54,084 nt of DNA. It comes from Actinomycetota bacterium. GTDB taxonomy: Bacteria > Actinomycetota > Thermoleophilia > RBG-16-64-13. Both the position numbers and the translations under genes were made by a program. The notes under the pieces are model-generated. The model ran no database searches, was not told the origin of the DNA, and saw only the letters and a program-made list of their open reading frames with translations. Below, in pieces: positions 1 to 8,922 of the stretch; the stretch's first letter is position 1, and every line of letters begins with the position of its first letter. The stretch lies in assembly GCA_018830645.1 (NCBI GenBank), contig JAHJSA010000037.1, forward strand, positions 1 to 54,084. The letters run 5' to 3'.

Positions 1-29
1 CCCGCGGCCGGGCTGGCGCCGCGGCCGGG

Positions 30-1667
30 CTAGCGCCGCCGCGGCCGGTCGATGAAGAGCTTGCGGCTCTTGAGTTTCCCGGCCGAGCGAAGTCGCTGCT
101 CCTCCGACGTGCCGTGCACGAGCGCCATGAAGCGGTCGACATCGTCGGGCGCCACCCCGACCGTCTTCGACACGACGAAGATTGTCACGAAGCTCGCCAT
201 CACACTTACGCCGCCCGGGTTGTCCAGCCGTAGCCAGAGAGGGAGCAGGTCCTTCCCGAAGATCATGAACAGGCTCGTGCCCAGGCCAACGAACATGCCG
301 GCGATCGCGCCGGCGCTCGTCATGCCCCTCCACCACAGGCCGGTCACCAGCACGGGGAACAGGGTGGAGGCCGATACGGCGAAGGCCAGGCCCACCAGCA
401 CCGCGATCTGCATACCCTCTACCGCCAGGCCGAGGAGGAGGACGACGACGCCCATGATGACGGTGGAGCCTCTGGCTACCAATACGCGTGTGCGCTGGCT
501 GGCCTTGGGGTTGTAGAGGTTGTAGTAGAGGTCGTGCCCGAGAGCCCCGCTCATGACCACCAGGAGGCCCGCGGTGGTGGAGAGCACGGCTCCGAGCGAG
601 CCGGCGACCGCGATTCCCAGGGCCAGCTGCCCCCCGAAGTGCATGGCCGCGGCCGGTACCGCGAGGTTCTGCCCGTCAAGAGTCAGCCAGTCCATGGTCT
701 GCGTGGAGAGGGTAGCGACGCCCGACGTCGACCCGGCCTCAGTGAGCAGGAAGAGGTAGTGCATCGCGAAGCCAATGAAGGGCGTCATAAGGTAGAAGGT
801 CCCGATGAAGACGAGCACCAGCATCACGCTCCAGCGAGCCCGGCGCCGGTCGGGGTTCGTGTACATGCGCACGAGGATGTGGGGGAGGCCGGCAGTGCCG
901 CACACGAGAGCCAGGAGCAGCGACAGCGATTTCCACAGGTGCTGCACGCCTGCGGGGCCCAGGTACCCTTGTGCGGCAACGGTGGCCTCGTCCCCGCCCG
1001 CAAGACGTTGGATCTCGCCCAGGACCTTGCCGTAGGGGAGCCCGCCCTGCCACACGAGGAGTGTCACGATGAAGATCGCGCTCCACAGCACCCAGAACTG
1101 GAACACCTGGGTCATGGTCGCCCCGCGCATACCGCCGAGCACCACGTACAGGGTGATCGAGCCCGCCATGAGAGCCACCGCCAAGGGATAGGGCAGGTGG
1201 GTGAGTATCACCAGTATCTTCGCCGACCCGAGCAACTGGGGCGCCGTGTAGAAGAGGCTGATCACCAGAACGCAGAGCACGGCCACAGCTCGCCCGATGT
1301 TCGTATGGAACCTCCCGCCCACGAAGTCGGGGATGGTGTATTGGCCGAACCTACGGAGGGGACCGGCGATGAAGAAGAGCACCAAGGCGAAACCGAGGAA
1401 GAAGCCAAGGGCGTAGTACAGACCGTCGAAGCCAAGGAGGAATGTGAGGCCGGAGATCCCGAGGAAGGACGCGGCCGAGATGTAGTCGCCCGATATCGCG
1501 GACGCGTTCTGGAGCACGCCCACTCCGCGGCCGGCCAGGTAGTAGTCGGCGGCGGTCTTCTGGAGCTTGCGCACGTTCCAGGCCAGGAGCACGCTGAGGG
1601 CGAGCAATCCCACGCCCAGGGCCAGGGCGAAGAGCGGCACCTCGACGGCCGGGTCCCGAGGTATCAC
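30..1667 (-). CDS. actP: Sodium:solute symporter family transporter, cation/acetate symporter ActP-like (545 aa; GTG start in the ORF track)
   Basis: Long polytopic membrane ORF. The motif GDYISAASFLGISGLTF matches the SSF signature of ActP (E. coli GDYMSAASFLGISALVF). It lies directly downstream of a DUF485 gene, as in yjcH-actP. Confidence 0.85.
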   Translation of the reverse strand: MIPRDPAVEVPLFALALGVGLLALSVLLAWNVRKLQKTAADYYLAGRGVGVLQNASAISGDYISAASFLGISGLTFLLGFDGLYYALGFFLGFALVLFFIAGPLRRFGQYTIPDFVGGRFHTNIGRAVAVLCVLVISLFYTAPQLLGSAKILVILTHLPYPLAVALMAGSITLYVVLGGMRGATMTQVFQFWVLWSAIFIVTLLVWQGGLPYGKVLGEIQRLAGGDEATVAAQGYLGPAGVQHLWKSLSLLLALVCGTAGLPHILVRMYTNPDRRRARWSVMLVLVFIGTFYLMTPFIGFAMHYLFLLTEAGSTSGVATLSTQTMDWLTLDGQNLAVPAAAMHFGGQLALGIAVAGSLGAVLSTTAGLLVVMSGALGHDLYYNLYNPKASQRTRVLVARGSTVIMGVVVLLLGLAVEGMQIAVLVGLAFAVSASTLFPVLVTGLWWRGMTSAGAIAGMFVGLGTSLFMIFGKDLLPLWLRLDNPGGVSVMASFVTIFVVSKTVGVAPDDVDRFMALVHGTSEEQRLRSAGKLKSRKLFIDRPRRR

Positions 1668-1702
1668 CGGAGTCCGTCCATGATCACCGAAGTCCGTCCA
1701 TG
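1663..1702. repeat. 20-bp tandem direct duplication (atcaccgGagtccgtccatg / atcaccgAagtccgtccatg) at the DUF485 stop / actP start junction
   Basis: Two adjacent 20-mers with one mismatch, read directly in the sequence. On the minus strand both copies encode MDGLR-stop. The actP GTG start lies in the second copy. Confidence 0.6.
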
Positions 1703-1920
1703 CGGTTGGCGAGGAGCACGTAGACCAAGGCGATGACCCAGGTGACGGGGTACGCGATCACGCCGATGGTGAGGAGGGCTGGGCTGAAGTTGCGCCACAC
1801 GGGCACCGACATGATCTCAGGAAAGAGATGACTGGCCACGACGGCAACGAGTACGGCGCCGAACAGGGACCCAGCGGCCGTCAGGCTCAACCGGCGTTGT
1901 CTCTTCATGAGGAGGCGCAC
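1684..1920 (-). CDS. DUF485 (YjcH-like) small inner-membrane protein, partner of ActP. Start uncertain: ATG at 1908 or GTG at 1920.
   Basis: The C-terminal 74 codons of the long ORF 1684..3306 read MKRQRRLSLTAAGSLFGAVLVAVVAS...VTWVIALVYVLLANRMDGLR. The KRQR motif followed by two TM helices is as in E. coli YjcH. The rest of that long ORF is an out-of-frame overlap of the kinase gene. Confidence 0.7.
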   Translation of the reverse strand: MRLLMKRQRRLSLTAAGSLFGAVLVAVVASHLFPEIMSVPVWRNFSPALLTIGVIAYPVTWVIALVYVLLANRMDGLR

Positions 1921-2075
1921 GCTGCGGTCGGTCTCCTCGCTCCAGTCATGTGGGGAGCGAGGCTCGTAGGCGTCGTCGAGGTCTTCGTCGGGGGAGACCT
2001 GATCGTTCGACAGGTCCCAGGTGCCGTACTTGTCCCGTCCCTCGCTCGGAGGGATGTTCCTTCGTAGGATGTCGC

Positions 2076-3497
2076 TCACGCCGACCCGACCGTCGTGCCT
2101 CCCTGCAGCAGGCCGTCGCGCAGCGTCTCGCCGCGGTTCGCTTCGGTGATGAGGGTGTCGTCGTCGGGGAGACAGAGCTCGAGGGGAAGGGCGAAGCCGA
2201 CCGCGGTGCCGTGTTGGCTGTCGCTCGATAGGAGGAGCGCGGCCCGGGGGCCGTAGAACGCTCGGAGGCGACGATGCACGTTGAAGATGCCGATGCCGTG
2301 CTTCTGAGACGGTCCGGTGTTCTTCATCTCGACGAAGACCGCGGGGTCGAAGCCCACTCCGTCGTCTCGCACCTCCACATTGAGGTCGCCGTTCTCCACC
2401 CACGCTTGGATGTGTATGTTGAGGCGTTTGCCCACCCCACCCTTGCCGTGCTTCACGGCGTTCTCCACCAACGGTTGGATGGTGAGAGGCGGTATGAAGA
2501 GGTCGAGCGCCGGCGACGCGATGGTCTGCTCCACCGACAGCTCCGAGCCGAAGCGGGCCTTCTCCAACTGGAGATAGCAGTCGACGTACTCCAGCTCCTC
2601 GCTGACGGTGATGAAGTCCTGAGGGCTTCGCAGGGTGTGCCGGAAGAAGTCGCTGAACGCCATGACCAGGTTCCGAGCTTCGCCCGGCTTGGTGCGGCAG
2701 AACATGGCGATAGTGTTCAACGAGTTGAACAGGAAGTGCGGATTGATCTGCGCCTGGAGCGCACGCAGCTCGGCCGCCAGGGTGGCCTGACGCTGCGTGT
2801 CCAGCTCGGCCAGCTCCAACTGGCTCGAAAGGAGCCGAGCGAGACCGGCGGCTACGGCTTCCTCCAACTCGCCGATGTCTTTTGGGCGGGAGTAGTAGAG
2901 CTTGAGTGAGCCCACCGCCTGATCGCGCACGATGAGAGGAGCGATGATCGCCGAGTGGAGTGGGCAGTCGAGGTAAGGGCATCCGATGTTCCAGCGGTTG
3001 TTGACCACCTGCACCTCTTTGGTGCGCAGCGCCTCGAGGGTCGCCTTGGTCTTGATCTTCGTGCCGGGGAGATGGTGATTCTCGGCTTCGCCCACGAACG
3101 AGAGGATGCGGGTCTGGTCGGTGAGCGACACCGCATCGAACTCGAGCTTGGCGAAGATCAGATAGGAGACCTCGCGGGCCGACTCGGCGTTGAGTCCCTG
3201 ACGGAGATGGGGCAGCGACTCGATCACGATGTCGAGGATCCCTTCCGCCTGGATGGCCTGCTGGCGACTGATGTCCTTGAACGTGTCGCGACCCATGCCG
3301 ACCCACACGACGATCGCCACCGTGGATACCGCGACGATCGGTAGTAGAACGAGCTCGACCCAGGTGAGTGTGGACTCACCGGCGTAGAGGAGACCGGCGA
3401 CCACGCCCGCTTGGATCGTCGCCAAGAAGCCGCCCATTATGAGCGGACCACGTATGTCCTTGATGATCACGCGCGGAGACGCGGCCGGCTGCTCCAC
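2076..3497 (-). CDS. LytS/YehU-family sensor histidine kinase (N-terminal 5TM Lyt-type sensor, GAF-like region, His_kinase plus HATPase_c)
   Basis: The translation carries the conserved phospho-acceptor region INPHFLFNSLNTI, and QPLVENAVKHG and DDGVGF ATPase motifs. The N-terminus is hydrophobic. Confidence 0.85.
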   Translation of the reverse strand: MEQPAASPRVIIKDIRGPLIMGGFLATIQAGVVAGLLYAGESTLTWVELVLLPIVAVSTVAIVVWVGMGRDTFKDISRQQAIQAEGILDIVIESLPHLRQGLNAESAREVSYLIFAKLEFDAVSLTDQTRILSFVGEAENHHLPGTKIKTKATLEALRTKEVQVVNNRWNIGCPYLDCPLHSAIIAPLIVRDQAVGSLKLYYSRPKDIGELEEAVAAGLARLLSSQLELAELDTQRQATLAAELRALQAQINPHFLFNSLNTIAMFCRTKPGEARNLVMAFSDFFRHTLRSPQDFITVSEELEYVDCYLQLEKARFGSELSVEQTIASPALDLFIPPLTIQPLVENAVKHGKGGVGKRLNIHIQAWVENGDLNVEVRDDGVGFDPAVFVEMKNTGPSQKHGIGIFNVHRRLRAFYGPRAALLLSSDSQHGTAVGFALPLELCLPDDDTLITEANRGETLRDGLLQGGTTVGSA

Positions 3498-3575
3498 GTC
3501 GCTTCCCCTTCGGCTCGGTGTGCACCGCCCTCAGTATAGCGGGCGAGGCCGGCGTTCGGATGACCGATCCTCAGG

Positions 3576-4547
3576 TCAGGCGTCGGGCGGCGGATCCTCT
3601 TCGCCGCGAGCCGCCACTTCGGTGAACGCGATCATCTCCGGGGGCACCACCACTTCCTCGGGGGGGCGTTCGCGTTGCAGGCCGACGATGGCTCCGACGA
3701 CGAGCGCGCCGCCCAGGAGTTGTGGCCAGGCGAGGGTCTCGCCGAACCACAGGAACGCCAGGACGCCCGCCACCATCGGCTCGAGCGTGGCGACGATCGT
3801 GGCGCGGCCGGCGTCTATGTAGCGGAGCGCGGCGAAGAAGGTGGCGAACGGGATGAGCGTGCCCACCAGGCCGACGATAGTGAGGAGTGCGAGATTGCCG
3901 GGGAGGAACGTCTCGGGAGCGATCTTCCAGGGCGGTTGGAGTATCGCGAGCAGGAGTGTCGTGAGGCTGAAGCCGTAGAAGAGCGACGTCGACACGCTCA
4001 TGTGCAGCCGCTGCAGATGTTCGCCCACGAGGATGTAGGTGGCGAAGGCCGCGGCGGCGCCCAGTCCAAATAGGATGCCGGCGGCCGAGAGGCTGAGCGC
4101 TTCGAGATCGTAGGCCTTGACCACCAGGGCGGACCCCAGAAGGACCGTGATCAGACTTGCGACAGTCACCCGCGAGATACTCTTCCCCTGGAAGAGCCAG
4201 GCGAAGACGACCACGATCGCGGGGGCGAGGTACTCGAGGAGGATAGCGGCCGCCACGCTCAGTCGTTCGATCGCGGAGAAGAAGAAGACCTGGGTGATCG
4301 CGAGGGCGACCCCGAAGCCGACCACCCAGGCGGCTGTCGAGCGAGTGAGGCGCAGCGTTGCTGGGTGCCGCGCGGCCAAGTACGCGAAGAGCACGATCGC
4401 CGTGATCAGACTCCGAGACATGGTGAGCGTGACAGGGGTCACGGCCCCCTGCATGAGGAACTTGCCCAGTGTCCCCGAGAAGCCCCACAGGGTTGCTGTG
4501 GTGACCACGAGCAGATAGCCCCGTGTCCTCAGTGGGATCGACTGCAC
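3576..4547 (-). CDS. EamA/DMT-superfamily permease (about 10 TM)
   Basis: 323 aa with two repeated 5-TM halves and typical EamA sequence character. Confidence 0.8.
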   Translation of the reverse strand: MQSIPLRTRGYLLVVTTATLWGFSGTLGKFLMQGAVTPVTLTMSRSLITAIVLFAYLAARHPATLRLTRSTAAWVVGFGVALAITQVFFFSAIERLSVAAAILLEYLAPAIVVVFAWLFQGKSISRVTVASLITVLLGSALVVKAYDLEALSLSAAGILFGLGAAAAFATYILVGEHLQRLHMSVSTSLFYGFSLTTLLLAILQPPWKIAPETFLPGNLALLTIVGLVGTLIPFATFFAALRYIDAGRATIVATLEPMVAGVLAFLWFGETLAWPQLLGGALVVGAIVGLQRERPPEEVVVPPEMIAFTEVAARGEEDPPPDA

Positions 4548-4621
4548 CTCGCGAAACCTCCCGGTTCGCCCGGGGGTCGCTCAGGGCACGTGGGCCGGCT
4601 ACCCTGTCGGGTCATGGCAAG

Positions 4622-4652
4622 AAAAAAGCGAGTCCCGAGTGAACTCGCTTTT
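4622..4652. terminator. Bidirectional intrinsic-terminator-like hairpin (AAAAAAGCGAGT-cccgagtga-ACTCGCTTTT) in a low-GC intergenic region
   Basis: Perfect 8-bp stem flanked by an A-run on one side and a T-run on the other. No ORF is adjacent. Confidence 0.4.
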
Positions 4653-5011
4653 CATCCTTCATCGACTTCCACTGCCACCGCTTCGTCGTACTCCGCGACC
4701 GTTTACCTTCGCGTTTCCTCCACCGTGGTATCTGTGGGAGTCTCCAGATGCTGCGTCTGATCTCTCGGGACTCGTATACTATTGTACCTGGCCCAGCTCA
4801 GATGTCAACACGATTCTGGGAAGGACTTCCCGCAAATACCGCCAATCGCGAGCGGCTGGCCTGTCCGCCACAGGCGTACCGGACGCGGGGCGATGGTCCG
4901 GTGGCGTATCGCAGCGCGCGGCGGCCATAGACCTGCGGATCGACCACTCTCACTCGTGTCTCGGGAGCGAAGCCCATGGTAGAATGCCGCAGTCGTCTGA
5001 CGGCGTAGCGA

Positions 5012-5087
5012 GCGGAGTTAACTCAGCTGGTAGAGTGCCAGCTTCCCAAGCTGGATGTCGCGGGTTCGATCCCCGTACTCCGCTCCA
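5012..5087 (+). tRNA. tRNA-Gly (anticodon CCC)
   Basis: Manual cloverleaf: acceptor GCGGAGT/ACTCCGC, D-stem ACTC/GAGT, anticodon stem CCAGC/GCTGG with loop TTCCCAA, T-arm with TTCGATC loop, discriminator T and encoded CCA. 76 nt. Confidence 0.9.
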
Positions 5088-5309
5088 TACTCCTTCCTTC
5101 CTATCTGTGCTGGTCCACCCCGCGTGGCAGGTGCACCCCCTCGTGGCCTATCCGTCCCATGGTGCGCGGCCTGCACGCATCTCGGCTTGCGCCAAGGGTA
5201 CCCTTGGGGGTATACTGCGGCCGAGAGGATGCGTTCGGATCCAGCCGAATACCGAACCCATTCTTGGCCAGGTTCCTGATGCCTATCGACAGTACAGGGA
5301 GGTCTTTTC

Positions 5310-5612
5310 ATGACGGAGGCCACCGCGGCGAGCACCAGAGCCGACGACGACGTCGAGCGCGTTCTCAACCGTCTGAAACGGATCGAAGGGCAGGTGCGCG
5401 GCCTGCAGCGCATGATCAATGAAGGCAAGGAGTGCGAGCAGGTTCTCACTCAGTTGTCAGCGGTGAAATCGGCTCTCGATCGGGTTGGCATTCACCTGAT
5501 CAGTCATCGCATGAAGGAGTGCTTGGATCAGGGCGCGACGGCCGCCGTCGACGAGGAAGCCATGGAGCAGGCCTTCGAGATATTCCTCAAGTACGTGCAT
5601 TGCGTGCGCTGA
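5310..5612 (+). CDS. CsoR/RcnR-family metal-sensing transcriptional repressor (DUF156)
   Basis: 100 aa with a coiled-coil-like 'RLKRIEGQVRGLQRMI' region. The Cys...His...Cys spacing (C at CEQV, then H and C in HRMKEC) is as in copper-sensing CsoR. Confidence 0.8.
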   Translation: MTEATAASTRADDDVERVLNRLKRIEGQVRGLQRMINEGKECEQVLTQLSAVKSALDRVGIHLISHRMKECLDQGATAAVDEEAMEQAFEIFLKYVHCVR

Positions 5613-5666
5613 ACTGTACGTGCTTTGCGTGCGCTGAACGTATCTGTCTGACCCAGGTCTGACCCA
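5591..5666. repeat. 24-bp tandem duplication covering the csoR-like stop codon (gtacgtgcAttgcgtgcgctgaac x2), followed by an 11-bp tandem repeat (gtctgacccag x2)
   Basis: Read directly in the sequence at 5591-5614 / 5616-5639 and 5645-5666. Confidence 0.6.
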
Positions 5667-5726
5667 GCCTCCCGTCCGCCTCCCTCGTCTTGCGCGGCCC
5701 GTTCGGCCGTGCCCTCCCGCCCCCTT

Positions 5727-6545
5727 CTATGTAGCAACCTGGAGTGCCAACCAGCGCGCCACGGCGCGATGCAGGTCGTCCGACCCTTGCATCGATGAGT
5801 GGTCGCCGCCCGGTCTGATCCACATGTCTACGGGTCCGCTCAGGGCCTCGGCCAGCGATAGGGTGCGGGCGAGAGGCACGACCTCATCGCAACGGGCGTG
5901 TAGTAGCAGAACCGGACAGTGCACCCAGCGGGCGGCTTCCAGGATCGCGTGACTCTCGAGGTGCTTCCTCATCGCGGGCCGGTCGAGGCGTAGCTCGAGC
6001 CCACGGTCGGCGAGGTCGCGGCGCTCTTCTTCGCACTCTGCGCGCTGCAGTCCCTCTAAGAGCACCTGTTCGCCCGCCGGACAGACGAGTGCGGCCGCGG
6101 CGATACCGGCCTCGGCCGAGGCCATGGCCATCACGCCGTAGTAGCCCCCCATACTCGAACCCCGGTAGCAGAGCCGGTCCGCATCGATGCGAGGGTCACG
6201 GCGGAGCCACTCGGCCGCCGCGATGATGTCGTTCTCCGCGGGCCCGTCGAGATCGCCCGTGCTCTCACCGTGGCCGCGGAAATCGATGGCGAGTACGGCG
6301 AAACCCGCATCGCACGCGATGCGACAGAACCCCTGGTGGCGACCGCGGCGGCTACCCGCGCCGTGGCCCACTATGAGGCCGGGCGGCGGTGCGGCCCGGT
6401 GTGCGTGCTCCGCGGGGAGATAGAGGGTGCCTGCAAGAGAGGGCGGCGCGACCTGGTCGTGGTCGGCTCGGCGGGCGAGCGGGAGCGCCAGCCGTATCTC
6501 CTCCGTCGTGATGTGGCCGCCGGCTGCGGGCGCTGCGTGATCCAT
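5727..6545 (-). CDS. Alpha/beta hydrolase (dienelactone-hydrolase / S9-like), 272 aa
   Basis: It has a GSSMGG nucleophile elbow, and HGESTG and later Asp/His regions. The start was chosen at the internal ATG (MDHAAP...) because the upstream 183 codons of ORF 5727..7094 overlap hpt out of frame and look like GC-frame noise. Confidence 0.75.
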   Translation of the reverse strand: MDHAAPAAGGHITTEEIRLALPLARRADHDQVAPPSLAGTLYLPAEHAHRAAPPPGLIVGHGAGSRRGRHQGFCRIACDAGFAVLAIDFRGHGESTGDLDGPAENDIIAAAEWLRRDPRIDADRLCYRGSSMGGYYGVMAMASAEAGIAAAALVCPAGEQVLLEGLQRAECEEERRDLADRGLELRLDRPAMRKHLESHAILEAARWVHCPVLLLHARCDEVVPLARTLSLAEALSGPVDMWIRPGGDHSSMQGSDDLHRAVARWLALQVAT

Positions 6546-6550
6546 CGGGA

Positions 6551-7123
6551 TCAGATCTTCAGGAACGAGATGCTGGGGAGGTTGCGGTAGAGCTGACGGT
6601 AGTCGAAGCCGTAGCCCACGAAGAAGTCGTCGGGGACGATGAACCCCGAGTATCGTATCGAGACATCGGCGATGCGCCGGTACGGGCGGTCGAGTAGGGT
6701 GCACACTTCGAGGGAGGCGGGGCCGCGCAAGGAGAGCGAGTGCAGCACGTAGTTGAGGGTGAGGCCGGTGTCCACGATGTCCTCGACCACGATCACATCG
6801 CGATCTTCGATGGGGCGCTCGAGGTCTTTCACGAAGCGGATAGCCTTCTTGTCGGACGTCTGAGCCGACTCTCCATAGGAAGAGATCGCCATGAAGTCCA
6901 TCTCGACCGGCCGGTCGATGCATCGCACCAGATCGGCCATGAAGAAGATGGCACCCTTGAGCACCGAGACGAGCAGTATCTCGCGCCCCTCGTAGTCGGC
7001 GGTGATGGCCCGCCCCAACTCGGTCACCCTGGCGGTGAGCTCCGCGGACGAGAGGTAGATGTCGCCGATGAGTTCGCGGCCGGCGTCGGCGCACGGGTCC
7101 CCGGGTGCTCCAGCAGGCTTCAC
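6551..7123 (-). CDS. hpt: Hypoxanthine-guanine phosphoribosyltransferase
   Basis: PRPP-binding motif VIVVEDIVDTGLTL and the overall Hpt layout. The GTG start forms a GTGA overlap with the upstream gene's stop. The N-terminal part of ORF 6551..7531 is out-of-frame overlap. Confidence 0.9.
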   Translation of the reverse strand: MKPAGAPGDPCADAGRELIGDIYLSSAELTARVTELGRAITADYEGREILLVSVLKGAIFFMADLVRCIDRPVEMDFMAISSYGESAQTSDKKAIRFVKDLERPIEDRDVIVVEDIVDTGLTLNYVLHSLSLRGPASLEVCTLLDRPYRRIADVSIRYSGFIVPDDFFVGYGFDYRQLYRNLPSISFLKI

Positions 7124-7488
7124 GAGGGCAGCGACATGTCGTACTTCTTGGCCAGCTGGACGAAGTCGTGCTTGTAGAAGAGCTTGATGCGGATCTCGGG
7201 GTACTTCTCGCGGAGGCGCCGTACCTTGCGGTTCTTCGCGGTGACCAGCGACTGCTTCATCTGGGTGACCTCGAGGTAGAGATCGAGGTCGGGCAGGTAG
7301 AAGTCGGGGGTGAAGGCCTCGACGATGTTGCCGTCGGAGTCGGTCTCGAGGATGAAGGTGCGGGGCTCGTACTCCCAGGGCACTCGGTGGTAGTCGAGTA
7401 TCTCGGCCGCCTGCCTCTCCGTCTGGGTGACGAAATGAGGCTGCTTCGCCCCGCGATAGTAGGAGAAGTTGGGAATGTCTTCGGTCAT
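7120..7488 (-). CDS. Hypothetical protein (122 aa), translationally coupled to hpt
   Basis: Clean ORF with plausible codon usage and a 4-nt overlap with the hpt start. No family recognised. An acidic stretch followed by LEVTQMK is weakly nuclease-fold-like. Confidence 0.6.
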   Translation of the reverse strand: MTEDIPNFSYYRGAKQPHFVTQTERQAAEILDYHRVPWEYEPRTFILETDSDGNIVEAFTPDFYLPDLDLYLEVTQMKQSLVTAKNRKVRRLREKYPEIRIKLFYKHDFVQLAKKYDMSLPS

Positions 7489-7594
7489 TCTGGAACTCGA
7501 TTCTATCAGACCGTTCCTTCGGCGTGATCACGGGTGTTGTGGTACCGTACAGCGGTAGTTACCGGTTCTCACCCGCTTTCCTGCAGGAGTTTCG

Positions 7595-8920
7595 ATGACC
7601 CACACCCTCATCTACCCCTCGCACAGCAGGCATGGTGCGAGCGGACACCTGGAGATCGACGGCTGCGACGTGGTCGATCTGGCCGCCGAGTTCGGTACTC
7701 CACTCTTCATCTACGAAGAGAAGACACTGGAAGACCAGTGTCGGCGATATCAGGAAGCGTTTCGTGCGCGCACAGACGACTTCGAGGTGATCTACGCCAG
7801 CAAGGCCTTCTGCTGTTTGGCCGTGTGCCAACTCGTGGAGCGCGAAGGCATGTCCATCGACGTGTCTTCCGGCGGCGAGTACCACACGGCGCTCGCCTCC
7901 GGTTTCCCCACCCACCGCATCTTCTTCCACGGGAACAACAAGACCGAGGCCGAACTCCGTTACGCTCTCGAGAACGGTGTGGGCTTCGTGGTGGTCGATA
8001 GTTTCGACGAGCTCCGGCTCCTGGAGCGGCTGGCGGCCGAGCGGGGCGAGGTCCAGCGGGTGTTGCTTCGCATCACCCCCGGCGTCGAGGCTCACACCCA
8101 CGAGTACATACAGACGGGTCAGCTCGATTCGAAGTTCGGCTTCGGGCTGGTCGAGGGCCAAGCCGAGGAGGCTATCCGTCTCGCCCTCGAAGCCGCCCAC
8201 CTGGATCCGATCGGGGTGCACGCCCACATCGGCAGCCAGATCTTCGAGCTCGAGGGGTTCCGCCGTGCCATCGCTGTCCTGGTGGACCTGATCAAGCGAA
8301 CCCATGACAGCCTCGGGTTCGACTGCCGCTACGTCAACGTGGGCGGCGGTCTGGGCATCCGCTACACGGAGTCCGACGTCCCCGTTACCATCGACGAATA
8401 CGTGGACTGCAAGGTGCGGGGCGTGCAAGAAGAGATGGCGCGGGTCGGGCTCCCGATGCCGCGGGTGCTGGTGGAGCCGGGGCGTTCCCTGGTGGGCAAG
8501 GCCGGTATCACCGCCTATCGCGTCGGCACGATGAAAGAGGTGCCGGGCATCCGCGCGTACCTGAGCGTGGACGGCGGCATGAGCGATAACATCAGGCCCA
8601 TGCTGTACGACGCGCGGTACGAGGCGATGATCGCCGATCGGGCCGACGATGAGCTGGACACTCTGGTGACCGTGGCCGGCAAGCACTGCGAGAGCAGCGA
8701 CATCCTGATCAAGGATGTGATGCTCTCCAGCCCACGCGTGGGCGACGTACTTGTGCTCCCCGCGACCGGAGCCTATTGCTATGCGATGGCCTCGAACTAC
8801 AACGGCAATCCACGGCCCGCGGTCGTCATGGCGCGCGATGGCAAGGCCCGTGTGATCGTGGAACGCGAGACGTACGACGATCTCGTGGCCAGGCAGCTTC
8901 CTCTCGAGGGTCGGGGGTAG
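7595..8920 (+). CDS. lysA: Diaminopimelate decarboxylase
   Basis: 441 aa with a PLP-fold type III layout, motifs YASKAF (PLP lysine) and GGGLGI, and a C-terminal beta-barrel domain. The lysA-hom neighbourhood is typical of actinobacteria. Confidence 0.95.
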   Translation: MTHTLIYPSHSRHGASGHLEIDGCDVVDLAAEFGTPLFIYEEKTLEDQCRRYQEAFRARTDDFEVIYASKAFCCLAVCQLVEREGMSIDVSSGGEYHTALASGFPTHRIFFHGNNKTEAELRYALENGVGFVVVDSFDELRLLERLAAERGEVQRVLLRITPGVEAHTHEYIQTGQLDSKFGFGLVEGQAEEAIRLALEAAHLDPIGVHAHIGSQIFELEGFRRAIAVLVDLIKRTHDSLGFDCRYVNVGGGLGIRYTESDVPVTIDEYVDCKVRGVQEEMARVGLPMPRVLVEPGRSLVGKAGITAYRVGTMKEVPGIRAYLSVDGGMSDNIRPMLYDARYEAMIADRADDELDTLVTVAGKHCESSDILIKDVMLSSPRVGDVLVLPATGAYCYAMASNYNGNPRPAVVMARDGKARVIVERETYDDLVARQLPLEGRG

Positions 8921-8922
8921 GG

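Noticed and set aside
534-1736. 400-aa plus-strand ORF antisense to actP
   Set aside because: Composition is extreme (R/G/E/H-rich) and there is no domain. It is entirely antisense to a confidently identified transporter gene.
1684-3306. 540-aa minus-strand ORF spanning the DUF485 gene and most of the kinase gene
   Set aside because: Only its last about 75 codons look like protein (the DUF485 membrane protein). The rest is Arg/Pro/Gly-rich and overlaps the well-supported LytS kinase in another frame. This is a typical high-GC alternative-frame artefact.
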